Below are positions 12,291-23,280 of a stretch of 64,000 nucleotides of DNA, piece by piece. Position numbers and translations under genes: made by a program. The DNA lies in contig OX597816.1 of the NCBI GenBank assembly GCA_951406725.2, forward strand, positions 9,610,001 to 9,674,000. The letters run 5' to 3'. Each line of letters begins with the position of its first letter. The stretch's first letter is position 1. Under the pieces are notes generated by a model that ran no database searches, had not been told where the DNA came from, and worked only from the letters and a program-made list of their open reading frames with translations. The DNA is from Octopus vulgaris. Taxonomy: Eukaryota.

Positions 12291-12302
12291 AAATATGGAA
12301 CT

Positions 12303-12413
12303 ATGTTAACTGAATTGACAGAATCATTAAATTGGTGGATAGAACATCTTGCTGTATTTCTTCTACAAAGCCTCATGGGTGAGCTTAGTGAATGGAAATT
12401 AAAAGGAACCTTT

Positions 12414-12468
<55 letters not shown>

Positions 12469-12830
12469 ATGTCTATGTAAGTGCATGTATGTGTGTGTGT
12501 TCATGTATTTTTGTTTTAACAACACATGATAGTTACAAACTAGTTTTATCATCAAAGAAGCAATATCATTTGTTTCCAATATTCCATGGAATCATATCCA
12601 GGCTTGGAAACAGGTAAGGATTAGCAACAGAAATGGCATCCAGCTGTATAAGATCCACCTCAACAATTTCTTTCAGACCCATGCAAGTATGATACAGTAA
12701 ATATTAAAATAATGATGGTGATGATGATGATGATGACAATGCCCTGAGTTTAAAATTTGCTGAGGTCAACTTTGCCTTTCACCCTCCGGGGCCAATAAAT
12801 GAAGTGCCAAACCAAAATGATAAATTACCA
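12303..12830 (+). mobile_element. SINE family C interrupted by a 5'-truncated family B SINE (~12365-12740)
   Basis: Family C head at 12303-12364 resumes at 12744 (ctgagtttaaaatttgctgaggtcaactttgcctttc); the insert ends in ggcatccagctgta...cccatgcaagtatg...(GAT)n. Confidence 0.65.
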
Positions 12831-13129
12831 GAACAAATAGAACAATAAACGTGATGCCTTATGGTATCTGTTCCACCTCTTTGCCTGCAACAATACTGGT
12901 CCCAAACATTACTGGCTCTTGCCTTCTCCTAAGCAGCAACATGGCATAGAGATAGGAAACTTTCCCCTATGGGCAACAATTAATCAACCTTCCATAAGAA
13001 GAATCATTGCCCAGGCCTGCACAATGGAGGGAAACTTTCTAGGTACAGACACAGAATCTCACTAGTAATATGGAAAACCCTGTAATATATTAGCTATGTA
13101 TGCCATGAGCAATGTATTATATAAACTAT

Positions 13130-13205
13130 AATATATATATGTGTGTGTGCGCATGTGTATACATATGTATATATGTGTATGCATATATGTATGAGTGTTA
13201 TATAC

Positions 13206-13240
<35 letters not shown>

Positions 13241-13417
13241 CATACATACACAAACCCACCACACATACACACATATGGATATATGATATATATGTGTGTG
13301 TGTGTATACATATATATATATTATTTACATGTATATGTGTGTGTGTGTGCATGTGTCTATACACATATATATATATATATATATCATTTACATGTATATG
13401 TGTGTGCATGTGTGTAT

Positions 13418-13473
<56 letters not shown>

Positions 13474-13510
13474 TTTACATGTATATGTGTGTGTGCATGT
13501 GTGTATCATT
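13130..13510. repeat. Compound TA/TG/CA microsatellite with a higher-order unit
   Basis: atttacatgtatatgtgtgtg recurs at ~13323, ~13387 and ~13473. Confidence 0.9.
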
Positions 13511-14031
13511 TATCCTCTGCAATTTTCATTATGTGTGTCTATTTGACCTGTGCACAGTTGACATTTTGCATCACTTCAGATTCTCAAACGTAAGGGTTGG
13601 TTACATTCTGTCCAAGAAGTAATCAATCCTTGAATTCAAAATACAAAATTACTTTACATTCTCGAGGTTCCTTGAAATGGTATATTTCAAAAGGTGATAC
13701 GATGACCTGTATTTAGACACAAGCAAGCCATCATGTGCATTTACCAGATCTATGTAGAAGAATATGGATTTGGGTTATGTTCACTTGCTAGCAAGTCACA
13801 TCATGAAACCAAACATTAACTGATCTTGCAATAAATCTAGAAATATCTTAATGAAGTGAATATTTCAAGTTAGTAAATTGCTGTTGCCCATAACTAGTAG
13901 ATTCTAGAGACCAACATATCAGTGCATATTTATGGCAATAAATCACTACTCTGGTCAAACATTATAAGTTTTACCGAGAAACATTTTTCTATTATTCTTT
14001 TATTTTTCCCCAGTCTTTTTTTTTTTTTATT

Positions 14032-14404
14032 TTTTATTCTTTTATTTTTCTCAGCTTGCAGACATACTGGAACGCACCTTGAAGGATTAACTCGAACAAA
14101 TCCACTCCAGTACTTATTTATTTTCTTGAGCCTGATGCTTAACCTATCAGCCTCTTTTTTGCTGACCCACTAAGTTACAGGGATGTAAACAAACCAACAC
14201 TGGCTGTCAAATGGTGGTGAGGGACACACACAAACATACACATGCATTTCATACACACACACACACACACACACATGATGGGCTTCTTTCAGGTTCCATC
14301 AACCAAATCTGCTCACAAGGCTTTGATCAGCCCAGGGCTATAGTAGAAGACATTTATTCAATGTTCCATGCAGTGGAACTGAAGCCAGAGCCATGCCTGC
14401 ACCT
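14032..14404 (-). mobile_element. SINE family A (degenerate)
   Basis: Reverse complement of 21211-21616 with a deletion in the head. Confidence 0.85.
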
Positions 14405-14985
14405 ATATTTTCATCTATTTTCATTCCAATAACACCAAATGGACTTTGAATCATCTGAATTATTTAATCCTCTAATATTCTGTATCATATCAAGTTTTAT
14501 CCTTTAAAAGTAAGAGTTGGCACTCAATTCATTGCACCAGGCTAGCTCTACAATGAAGCCAGTGCACATGCTTGGTCATTCGGTTAGTCTCTCTGTATCT
14601 GTGCTATCCAAGTGGAAGTCAAGTACCATTACAACTTGGTACCAATATAAAAACATAATCAGCCCAAAATAGTAGTGCAAAAGCAGAAGGTGACAATACA
14701 GAGTAAATATGAGGATTCAATTTTTACTTCTTTCTAAATGTAGTTCAAACAGTTTACAGCAATTCTTTGTTGACAGGTATGGATACCATGATTAAGATGA
14801 AAAAAGATATTTGCTATATATTTTTCCTTTTTTAATACCACCAGATTTTTTAAATCTTCAGCACTGGCCCTATATAAAAGTCAACATGATTTAAGCTACT
14901 ATAATTCATTCTGTCATTTTATGGCTCGGAATAAATGCTTAAAGTTGCTTAATGTTAAATTTTTGCAAACATACATACTTATCAT

Positions 14986-15206
14986 TTAACCCTTTAGCAT
15001 TCAGATAACTCTGTCAAATGTAATGCTTATCTATTCACATTGTTTTGAATTAATCATATTTCATCTTGTAGCTTCAAGATTAATATAATGTGATTGCTTA
15101 TTCTTAAATCGATGTTGTAAGGTAATTGTGAGAGGCCTGATCTGTCTGGCTTGAACATAAAACAAGTAGGATATTTTGGTTGGATATGGCTAGATTAAAT
15201 CCTATG
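14986..15206 (+). mobile_element. TTAA MITE family 2 (right end decayed)
   Basis: Starts TTAA-ccctttagcattcag; colinear with 41004-41231. Confidence 0.75.
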
Positions 15207-15494
15207 AAATATTGTTGCAAATTCTAAATTAATGTTTATTAATGTTGCAAGTAAGAGCAAGCCAATATTTAGTACTATATGATTTCAGTGAATTATATAG
15301 TAACATTTCAAAGCCTATGATACTACAAAATGTGTCTTGTACCCATTATCTGCCATGTGAAATAAGCCTAAATAAAATTTCAAGGAAATCTTGGGCAGCC
15401 TAAGCACTAGTAAATGTTTTTGATCTTGTCAGAATATTCGTATATAAAGCACAGCAATACTCTTTAGACACAGTATTATATGTTCATCATATAA

Positions 15495-15712
15495 GGTGGT
15501 GAGCTGGCAGAATCTTTAGCACACAGGATGAAATGCTTAGCAGTATTTCACCCATTGCTATGTTCTGAGTTCAAATTCGACCAAGGTTGACTTTGCCTTT
15601 CATCCTTTCAGGGTCAATAAATTAAGTACCAGTCAAGGACTGGTGTCGATGTGATTGACTATCCACCTCCCCACAAATTCCAGGCCTTGTGCCTATAAAA
15701 GAAAGGATTATA
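15495..15712 (+). mobile_element. tRNA-derived SINE family C
   Basis: ggtggtgagctggcagaat...ctgagttcaaattc...gactttgcctttcatcctttcagggtcaataaattaagtacc. Confidence 0.9.
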
Positions 15713-15894
15713 TGTTCATCATATGTTATATGCACTTTCAGTTATAAATTAGAAAATCAATAAAGTCCAGTACACATACACACATATGTATGTATTATGC
15801 ATACACATGCAAACATACATACACATGCCTGTGTGCACATGTGTATATATCTATACATACATACATGAATACATACATACAAACATACATACAT

Positions 15895-16012
15895 ACAAAA
15901 ATATCCTGTTGTTCATGTTAAAATTCCAATGAAGGAGCCTTGGATCTAGGTTAGAAACCAGCTCTTTCTCTATTGGTGAGAAATCTTGAAAGAAACTGAA
16001 CAACACCATACA
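15895..16012 (+). repeat. ~120-bp element embedded in (CATA)n
   Basis: Reverse complement of 21670-21780 and 22000-22112. Confidence 0.85.
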
Positions 16013-16044
16013 TATATTTATATAAACTCTCAAAGTGGTTTTAC

Positions 16045-16205
16045 ACCTTACACTTTTGGAGTGGTTGGTGTTAGGAAGAGCATCCAGCTGCAGAAACCAT
16101 GTCAAATCAGACTGGAATTTGGTGCAGCCCCTTAGCTTACAAGCCCTAGTCAAACTGTCTAACCCATGCCAGTATGGACAACGAACATTAAATGATGATG
16201 ATGAA
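16045..16205 (+). mobile_element. Degenerate RTE-LINE 3' end
   Basis: ggagtggttggtgttaggaagagcatccagctg...aacccatgccagtatgga...gatgatgatg. Confidence 0.8.
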
Positions 16206-16923
16206 ATGAGTGGACAAATGAAAGGACGCAGTACTCCACACATTTGGTGACAGTTACATATAATATTCATTTGATAACAGTTTGATTTGGCTCTATGCAA
16301 CTTAAAGTTACATAGGTTTGTGTAATTTATTTAGTTCATTTTATCTGATCTCTATGTATGACTGGTTAAGTTTAGATTATGTATACACCAGAAAAGGTAA
16401 AAAAATACATGGCTCATGGCTAAGTACTTTTTTTCCAGATTGGTCAGTTTCAAATGATTTCTTTAATGTATTGACACTCCTGATATTTTCAACCAACAAA
16501 AACTAATGAGTGAGTAGAGATAATAGAACACAAAACATGCTTGAGAATATTTAGTTTTATCAATGTTTTTAGTTCAAATGACAGAGCAACTTTGCTTTTC
16601 TCTCTACTGAGATTGATAAAATAATGCTGTACATACTAAAGTTGATTCAATTCACTGTATTTCCCCTTTCCAGTAATTGGATTTGAGCATGATTAAAGGT
16701 AACCAGTATTATTGATCTCAGAGAGAAATGAGCATTTCGGATGGCATAATGAGACTTAACAGCACAAAGCACGGAATGAGCAATTATCTTCTTTGTGCAA
16801 ATCACAGCAGGGTGTGGATTAATTCAGCCAAAGTATTCCAGGAAGTAAAACCATTCATAAATGTGTGTGTGTTCGTGTGTGTGTGTGTGTGTGTGTCCCC
16901 ATATGTGTATGTGTGTGTGTATT

Positions 16924-17100
16924 GGTGCAGGCTGAAAAGATTGGTAGTGTGGCTGAAAAGATTGCTTTTGCAACCATGTGGCTTCAAGTACAATCCCATT
17001 CTGCAGCACCTAGGGCAAATGTCTTCTACAAAAACCCTGGAATGACCAATGCCTTGTGAGTGAATTTGGTAAATAGAAACTTTGTGGAAGACTGTTTTAC
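16924..17100 (+). mobile_element. SINE family A/B 5' half (degenerate)
   Basis: Head and cacctagggcaaatgtcttctac...gccttgtgagtgaatttggta; small internal duplication ggctgaaaagattg. Confidence 0.7.
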
Positions 17101-17167
17101 ACACACACACATTCAAACACATATAAATAAACATATGTACATGTACATATGCATATATATATACATA

Positions 17168-17440
17168 GTTGGAATTTACAAAAAAACAAAAGACGAAGAC
17201 AAGTGCATAAACAACAAACAGGTTTATTAGTTTAATGCTTGGGAAGGTGAGAAAGTCTTTTACATTTCGAGCCTATGCTCTGCAACAGAAAGGAACATGA
17301 GAAAATAGAGAGAAAATAAAAAAAAGCTTCAGTGGCTGATGGTCAATCATGGTGGCTGGCTGGACGGAGGTAGTCAGACAGGGGAGCTAGGAAGAAGGGG
17401 AGATAATACTGGTGATCCTAAAACAAAGGTGCACATGCAT
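17168..17440 (-). mobile_element. Short hammerhead-bearing element (motif 17257-17292), same family as 51856-52042
   Basis: Minus strand: cuuu-CUGUUGC-a-gagc/auag/gcuc-GAAAU-GUA-aaag; perfect stems I and II, mutated core; abuts a TA-rich array. Confidence 0.65.
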
Positions 17441-17509
17441 GTGCATGTGAGAGTGTGTAAATATGTGTGCATGGACTGTGGCTGGTGACCTTCACGTGTA
17501 GATGTGTGG

Positions 17510-17652
17510 AAAATGTTTTTGGCCTATGACACTACATAGATCCTAAGTAAGGCATGTGGAAAATTTGAATGAAATTGGTTGTGCAGTTCTCAAGTTTTAG
17601 GGATTCACACAGACACACAGACAGACACACACACATTCTCATCTTTATATAT
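17510..17652 (-). mobile_element. Probable Helitron 5'-end fragment
   Basis: Minus strand begins tatataaagatgagaatgtgtgtgtgtctgtc..., the same architecture as the 5' end of the 39236-39751 Helitron; no 3' CTAG hairpin seen. Confidence 0.45.
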
Positions 17653-17673
17653 ATATATATATATATATATGTA

Positions 17674-18952
17674 CAAGGTGGTATTATCAAAATGTTCCAG
17701 GATTAGTTACGCTTAATAAAAAATAGCTTATTTACCTAAGTTTTAACATCATCTCTTTCGAAATAGTCACCTTGCATAACAATACACCAGTCCCAGCATT
17801 CCTGCCACATTTGGAATCTGGCCTGGAAATCATTTTCCACAATTCAGTCGAAGACCTTCTGTGATTTTCTCTGAATCTCAACAACAGTGTTAAAACAAGC
17901 TGCATTTTCATCTTGGGGAAGAGATGGAAGTCCACAGGTGCTAAATTTGGCAAATAGGGTGGGCACAAAAGTGGTACCATGCTGTTTATTGGTGAGAAAC
18001 TCACAAGTGAGGAGAGCTCGGTGACAGGGTCCATTATCATCGTGAAGAATCCAATTCTTTGTACTCCACAGATCTGGTCATTTTTACTGAATGTCCTCCC
18101 TCTTCAAAATGTTGCAGTAGAATTCTTGATAGATGGTCTGGCCCTGGGGGATGAATTCTCAATGCACAATACCATAGATGTCAAAGAAAATTACGTGCAT
18201 GCTCTTCTTCAGTTGGGGAAATGAAGGGCTCTTCCATTGTGATGACTGCTGCCTTGTCTCAAAGTCTTACCCATAGGCCCAACTCTCATCACCAGTGATG
18301 ATTCCTGACATGAAGAATGGGTCATCAGCTGCAAGCTGACAGTGATCTTGACAGACTTCAATGCAATGTTCTTTCTGCTTAGTGGTCAGCAGCCAGGGGA
18401 CAAACTTGGTAGAGACATGCTGCATGTTCAATTAGGGTTAGGATTCTCTGCATGGACCCATACGACAGACCAACAACATTAGAAATGTCAATGATTGTCC
18501 TTTGACGATCCTCATGCACAAGCTGATGAATTTTCTCCACATTTTGGTGGGTGACGCTTGTGGTAGGTCTTTCAGATTGCTTATCATCTTCCAGGGGTGT
18601 TCTGCTTTTGAAGCACCTGTGCTACTTGAAACATTGCATAAAACTCATTGCCTTGTTGCTGTAAGCTTGCCAAAGAATGTTCAATGTCTCTGTAGCAGAC
18701 TTCCAAAGTTTAATACAGACTTTTTTGCACTGGCTCTTTGTTCCAACTTCCTGTCCATGACAAAATCGCTGACTACAGCAAACACATGACCATAGAAATT
18801 CAAATTTCACAACTTGCTAGGTAAACACAGTGATGTCACTCTGCACACTACCTCATGATGGTCACTGCTAGCTTTCCCAGTGCACTCAACTGTGTGCTGC
18901 TATCAGATGGCATGCTAGAGAACTAGTCCAGAAACATTTTGATACCACCTCA
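17674..18952 (-). mobile_element. Near full-length decayed mariner (DD34D-type) transposon
   Basis: TIRs caaggtggtattatcaaaatgttccaggattagt and actagtccagaaacattttgataccacctca; TA on both sides; minus-strand motifs KLWKSATETLNIL, KFVPWLL, IITGDESWAYG, LHDDNGPCH, PPYLPNLAPVDFHLFPK, with stops and frameshifts. Confidence 0.95.
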
Positions 18953-18957
18953 TATAT

Positions 18958-18993
<36 letters not shown>

Positions 18994-18996
<3 letters not shown>

Positions 18997-19120
18997 TCAT
19001 CATTATTTAGCGTCCGTTTTCCATGCTAGCATGGGTTGGACGGTTCAACTGGGGTCTGGGGAGCCCGAAGGCTGCACCAGGCCAGTCAGATCTGGCAGTG
19101 TTTCTACAGCTGGATGCCCT
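18994..19120 (-). mobile_element. Short RTE-LINE 3' end inside (TA)n
   Basis: tttagcgtccgttttccatgctagcatgggttggacgg...cagctggatgccctt. Confidence 0.9.
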
Positions 19121-19122
19121 TC

Positions 19123-19155
<33 letters not shown>

Positions 19156-19174
19156 GTATATATATATGTATAGA

Positions 19175-19211
<37 letters not shown>

Positions 19212-19321
19212 GTATAGATATAGATATATATATATATATATGTATGTATCATATATACACATACATATATATATATATAAGTATGTATATATATATATAT
19301 ATATATATGTAAGTATGTATG

Positions 19322-19518
19322 TGACTATGTGTGTCCCTGTTTGGCACTTCACTGTTTGACAACAACTGTTGCTTTGTTTACATTCTTGTAGGCAAAAAAG
19401 AAACTAACACAATAACTACTAAATAACAAGTACTGAGGTTGATTTGTATGACTAGCTAAACCCTTTAAAGCAATGCTCCAGCATGATTACACTCCAATGA
19501 CCGAAACAGGTAAGAGCA
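19322..19518 (+). mobile_element. SINE family A 3' half (degenerate)
   Basis: ttgacaac...ggcaaaaaaga...tgctccagcatgattacactccaatgaccgaaacaggtaagag. Confidence 0.7.
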
Positions 19519-21063
19519 AAATTGCTGATATTGAAGCCCTCTTCTTTTCTCTGTATACAATTAAAACATAAGCAGTATTGGTATTTCTTAAGAAATTTCT
19601 GAAACTCACAGAAACTTTAAGTCTGGCAAAACTTTTCTCAGTAAATTACCATAATGATATTGTTGATATGAATTGTTTGTTGATTGTTTGGTTTGGTAAT
19701 GTCTTTAGGATGCTATGATGCATATTAAACAGATTTTATAAAAAGATATATATAATAGTAACGGCATAAAAACATTCATCAAGTGTGTTAATTGTATGAT
19801 TTCAAGCAATGATTAATTAAGAAATCAAATAAGTTATAATCAATGTAATTGTCTAAATTGACGCTAAAGTCATTTTGCTTTCTGTGTCTGTTTTATATTT
19901 TTACGTTGTGTATATGTGTGTGTGCATGTATGTATTTTTTTTTACCTCTTTATATGTATGAAAAATTTCTCATCATTAATAGATTAATAGGGTTAGTGCA
20001 GTAGTAATAATATGTGACATTTTAAAACATTTGTACTCAATTATTTGTTTCAAGTTCTTCCCTTTACTTGCTGAGTAAAAGATACATTGAACTGGTTCTA
20101 AAACAAAATGCTTTCAAATTATCTCAATTAATTTTTACATGTTATTCACTATTGTTTTTATTTACGCCAAGATGAAAGCAGAAGCTTGAAAATGTAAAAG
20201 CTTCCATACAGAATTAGATTAGGAAAAACAAAACAAATGAAAACAGGAAAACTTGTTTTTTTGAGAAATTTAGTAAATATAATAGGAAAAAATATATAAA
20301 TTACATAAGAGGGTGTAGTTTGGCAGGTGTAACTGAGTTAAACAACAGTAAATATATTGTTTTCTAAGAATAATAGTACTAAATGTTGGAAAGATCAATG
20401 TTAATTAAATATAGAAAGTTGTTTTAAATACTTCCAACATTATGAGTCTCTACATAACTGTGAGACCTGTTAGAAATAACAACCAGATCTTCCTCAAACT
20501 GTATTGTCTCAATACAAAGGACATATTTGACAATCCCTCATATTGAAGTAAAGAAACACTGGATTATGTAATCCCAGACTGTGTATGTAAAGAAGAGATG
20601 GAGTAATCACATCTGAAACACCTGCTCAATCAGGTTATAACCTGAAGTTCAACAACTTACAGAAAAATCAATTGCATGATTGAAGTACTTCAATGTTTAA
20701 ACAATTGTGAAGCTTAGCTTTTAGAAAGACATAGAGCAACCAAAATCTGAACTTAAGGTTTACAGTTTGCTTCAGAACACAATAATTAAATCAACATTGC
20801 AAAGCAAAAACTCCAGTGAAATATTAAAAAAGATAAAAACAACCAAGGCAGAGCCATTGTTTATGTTGAGTTCTTCTATCTACTGTAATTTAGCAGTTTG
20901 ACAAACAGAGATTGATTAATATGTGCTAAACTTAAATATGTACTGGGATCAATGTGGTCTGCTAATTCTCACTGCAACCACTGCACAATGTTTATGCATG
21001 CAAACATAGAAGCACACACACATGCACACACACACACACACACATACATAGACACAAACTTAT

Positions 21064-21115
21064 GTAACAATCTGATGAAGGCAAACAAGCTGAAACTTTG
21101 AAATTGCAGTTGACC
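21064..21115 (+). ncRNA. Degenerate minimal hammerhead motif
   Basis: CUGAUGA 21072-21078, a-ggc/aaacaa/gcu, GAAAC 21092-21096, UUUGAA, then AUU (G16.2 lost); stem I poor. Follows a (CA)n tract. Confidence 0.45.
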
Positions 21116-21210
21116 TTTCCCTTGTGAAAGTATAATAGACAAATACTCAACTGAAAACTATGGACTAATGTTTCAGTTTCATGTTATATTATGTTTATAC
21201 ATAATTTACA

Positions 21211-21616
21211 TAGGAGTGGCAGTGTGGTAAGTAGCTTGCTAACCAACCACATGGTTCCGGGTTCAGTCCCACTGCGTGGCACCTTGGGCAAGTGTCTTCT
21301 ACTATAGCCTCAGGCCGACCAAAGCCTTGTGAGTGGATTTGGTAGACGGAAACTGAAAGAAGCCCGTCGTATATATGTATATATATATATATATGCGTGT
21401 GTGTGTTTGTGTGTCTGTATTTGTCCCCTAGCATTGCTTGACAACCGATGCTGGTGTGCTTATGTCCCCGTTACTTAGCGGTTCGGCAAAAGAGACCGAT
21501 AGAATAAGTACTGGGCTTACAAAAGAATAAGTCCTGGGGTCGAGTTGCTCGAGTTAAGGCGGTGCTCCAGCATGGCCGCAGTCAAATCACTGAAACAAGT
21601 AAAAGAGTAAAAGAGT
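21211..21616 (+). mobile_element. tRNA-derived SINE family A, young copy
   Basis: A and B boxes (tggcagtgtggtaag; ggttcagtccc), CORE-like gcaccttgggcaagtgtctt, CpGs retained, (aaagagt) tail; near-identical to the reverse complement of 35238-35627. Confidence 0.95.
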
Positions 21617-21669
21617 ATATGTATGCATGCATGCATGTAATAATGTATGCATGCATGCATTGTATGTAT

Positions 21670-22112
21670 GTCATTATTCAGTTTATTTCAAGATTTCTTG
21701 CCACTAGAGAAAGAACCGGTTTCTAACCTAGATCAAAGGTTTCTTCATTGGAATTATATCAGCAACAGGGTATTTTTGTTTGTTTGTATGTATGTATATA
21801 TGTATGTATGTACGTGCACATTTGTATGTTTTATGTATGTATTCTCATGCATATAGTTGCATATCTAGACATGCTCATACATATTTAAATTATAAACTTC
21901 TGGAAAGTTTTAGATTCTTACAATTCCAGTGATGGATTGGATCTGTAGTCTTCAAATTAGCTTTCTCCTTTCTGGTTTTGAGAAACCTAATGTATGTATG
22001 TCACTATTCAGTTTATTTCAAGATTTCTTACCAATAGAGAAAGAACCGGTTTCTAACCTAGATCCAAGGCTCCTTCACTGGAATTTCAACATCAACAACA
22101 AGGTATTTTTGT
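21670..22112 (-). repeat. Two direct copies (21670-21780, 22000-22112) of the ~120-bp (TATG)n-embedded element with another island between
   Basis: tattcagtttatttcaagatttctt.cca.tagagaaagaaccggtttctaacctagatc.aagg occurs twice, each flanked by tatg repeats. Confidence 0.85.
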
Positions 22113-22699
22113 GTATGTATGTATGTATGCATGGATGGATGCATGGATGGATGGATGGATGGATGGATGGATGGATGGATAGATGGGTGGGTGGATGGAT
22201 ATTATATAAGCGCACATCTGCATTGATTTATAAATGTATGTAGTTATGTATACATAAAAGAGGTGGATCTCAGAATTTCCAACCATGAGTATAAAGTTGA
22301 TCAATCAACTAAATAACTTGTTCGTTGAATTAGCATGAGCAGTTGAGTATATCACACACACACACACACATGCTCATATTATGAGTGTGCAAGCTAATCT
22401 CTGTAGTTTGATTGATATTTATAAATGTAGCCTGGGCATAATGATACAAAAGCTTAGAGGAGGGACTATCAGCACTAGTTGCATTACAACAGTAATAAAA
22501 CTAATGTTTATACTTATATAAGGCAATATTCAGAAGTAGTGTTATGGGAGTAATTAAGGTGGAAGAGACCATGAGTAATAGGATGAAAGCAGAGCTGATA
22601 TTGATTAATGGTGATCATAAAGGTAATGGGGATCTTAACATGAATAATATGATGCAGGTGTTAACAGCAACACCAACAACAACAACAATAATTTTTTTA

Positions 22700-23280
22700 T
22701 TTGCCACAAAGTCAAATCGAGGACAAAAAGGCTTTAGGAGGTTTTGCAGAACTGATTATGAAATAGAAAAAAAAGTAGTGGGGTGGGGTGGAAACAGGCT
22801 TCGAAACAATTATGTACAAAAAGAAAGAAAGTAAATGTCTCATTTGGGAGACAACCATTAGAGATCAATCAAAGGATCCCCACAGATCCAGAGTTACTCT
22901 GACTAACCAAGGGTAAGTACCCTCTCTCAGATGCATTCTTCAGCCCACAGGCACATCATTAGAGTAGACCCATTTATTGCAGGCTATTCTTGCCATCTTT
23001 CAGTAAATTCACAGGAAAGCATCAGAAGAATCTACAGAGACTGATGCAAGCTTCATTGAAGAAGAAAGTGCTTGTTTTCAATCCCTTCAATATTGTCTGC
23101 TATATTATCTTTTTTTCTTTTGCAGAAGCCACAAGGCAAAGAAAGACTACTGACCTTTATGGTCAAAGGAAAGTAACAAGATACACTAGAGTGGAAGTAA
23201 GTAAAATTGAAGGTCAAGATCTTTCATTGAAGTTGATTGTTTCTGAAAGAAGCTGTAGTTCCCAATCTTTAAAAAAAAAA
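22700..23280 (-). mobile_element. Possible decayed Tx1/L1-like LINE 3' fragment
   Basis: (CAA)n/(TAA) tract at the left end; minus-strand LSCEFTERW...INGSTLMMCL loosely resembles L1/Tx1 ORF2 C-termini. Heavily degraded. Confidence 0.4.

Noticed and set aside
13062-13622. Long overlapping ORFs rich in YI/CV/HT (also 19007-19352, 29199-29525, 62388-63514 and others)
   Set aside because: They are translations of dinucleotide/tetranucleotide microsatellites that lack stop codons.
21211-21285. tRNA-like A/B boxes (also 34870-34940 and 38190-38272)
   Set aside because: These are SINE heads; no complete cloverleaf, so not called as tRNA genes.
21845-21990. Hammerhead-like spacing on the minus strand (uugaaga...aaaacuu-uccag-aaguu)
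   Set aside because: Both core halves deviate and stems are ambiguous; cannot be supported without a family consensus.
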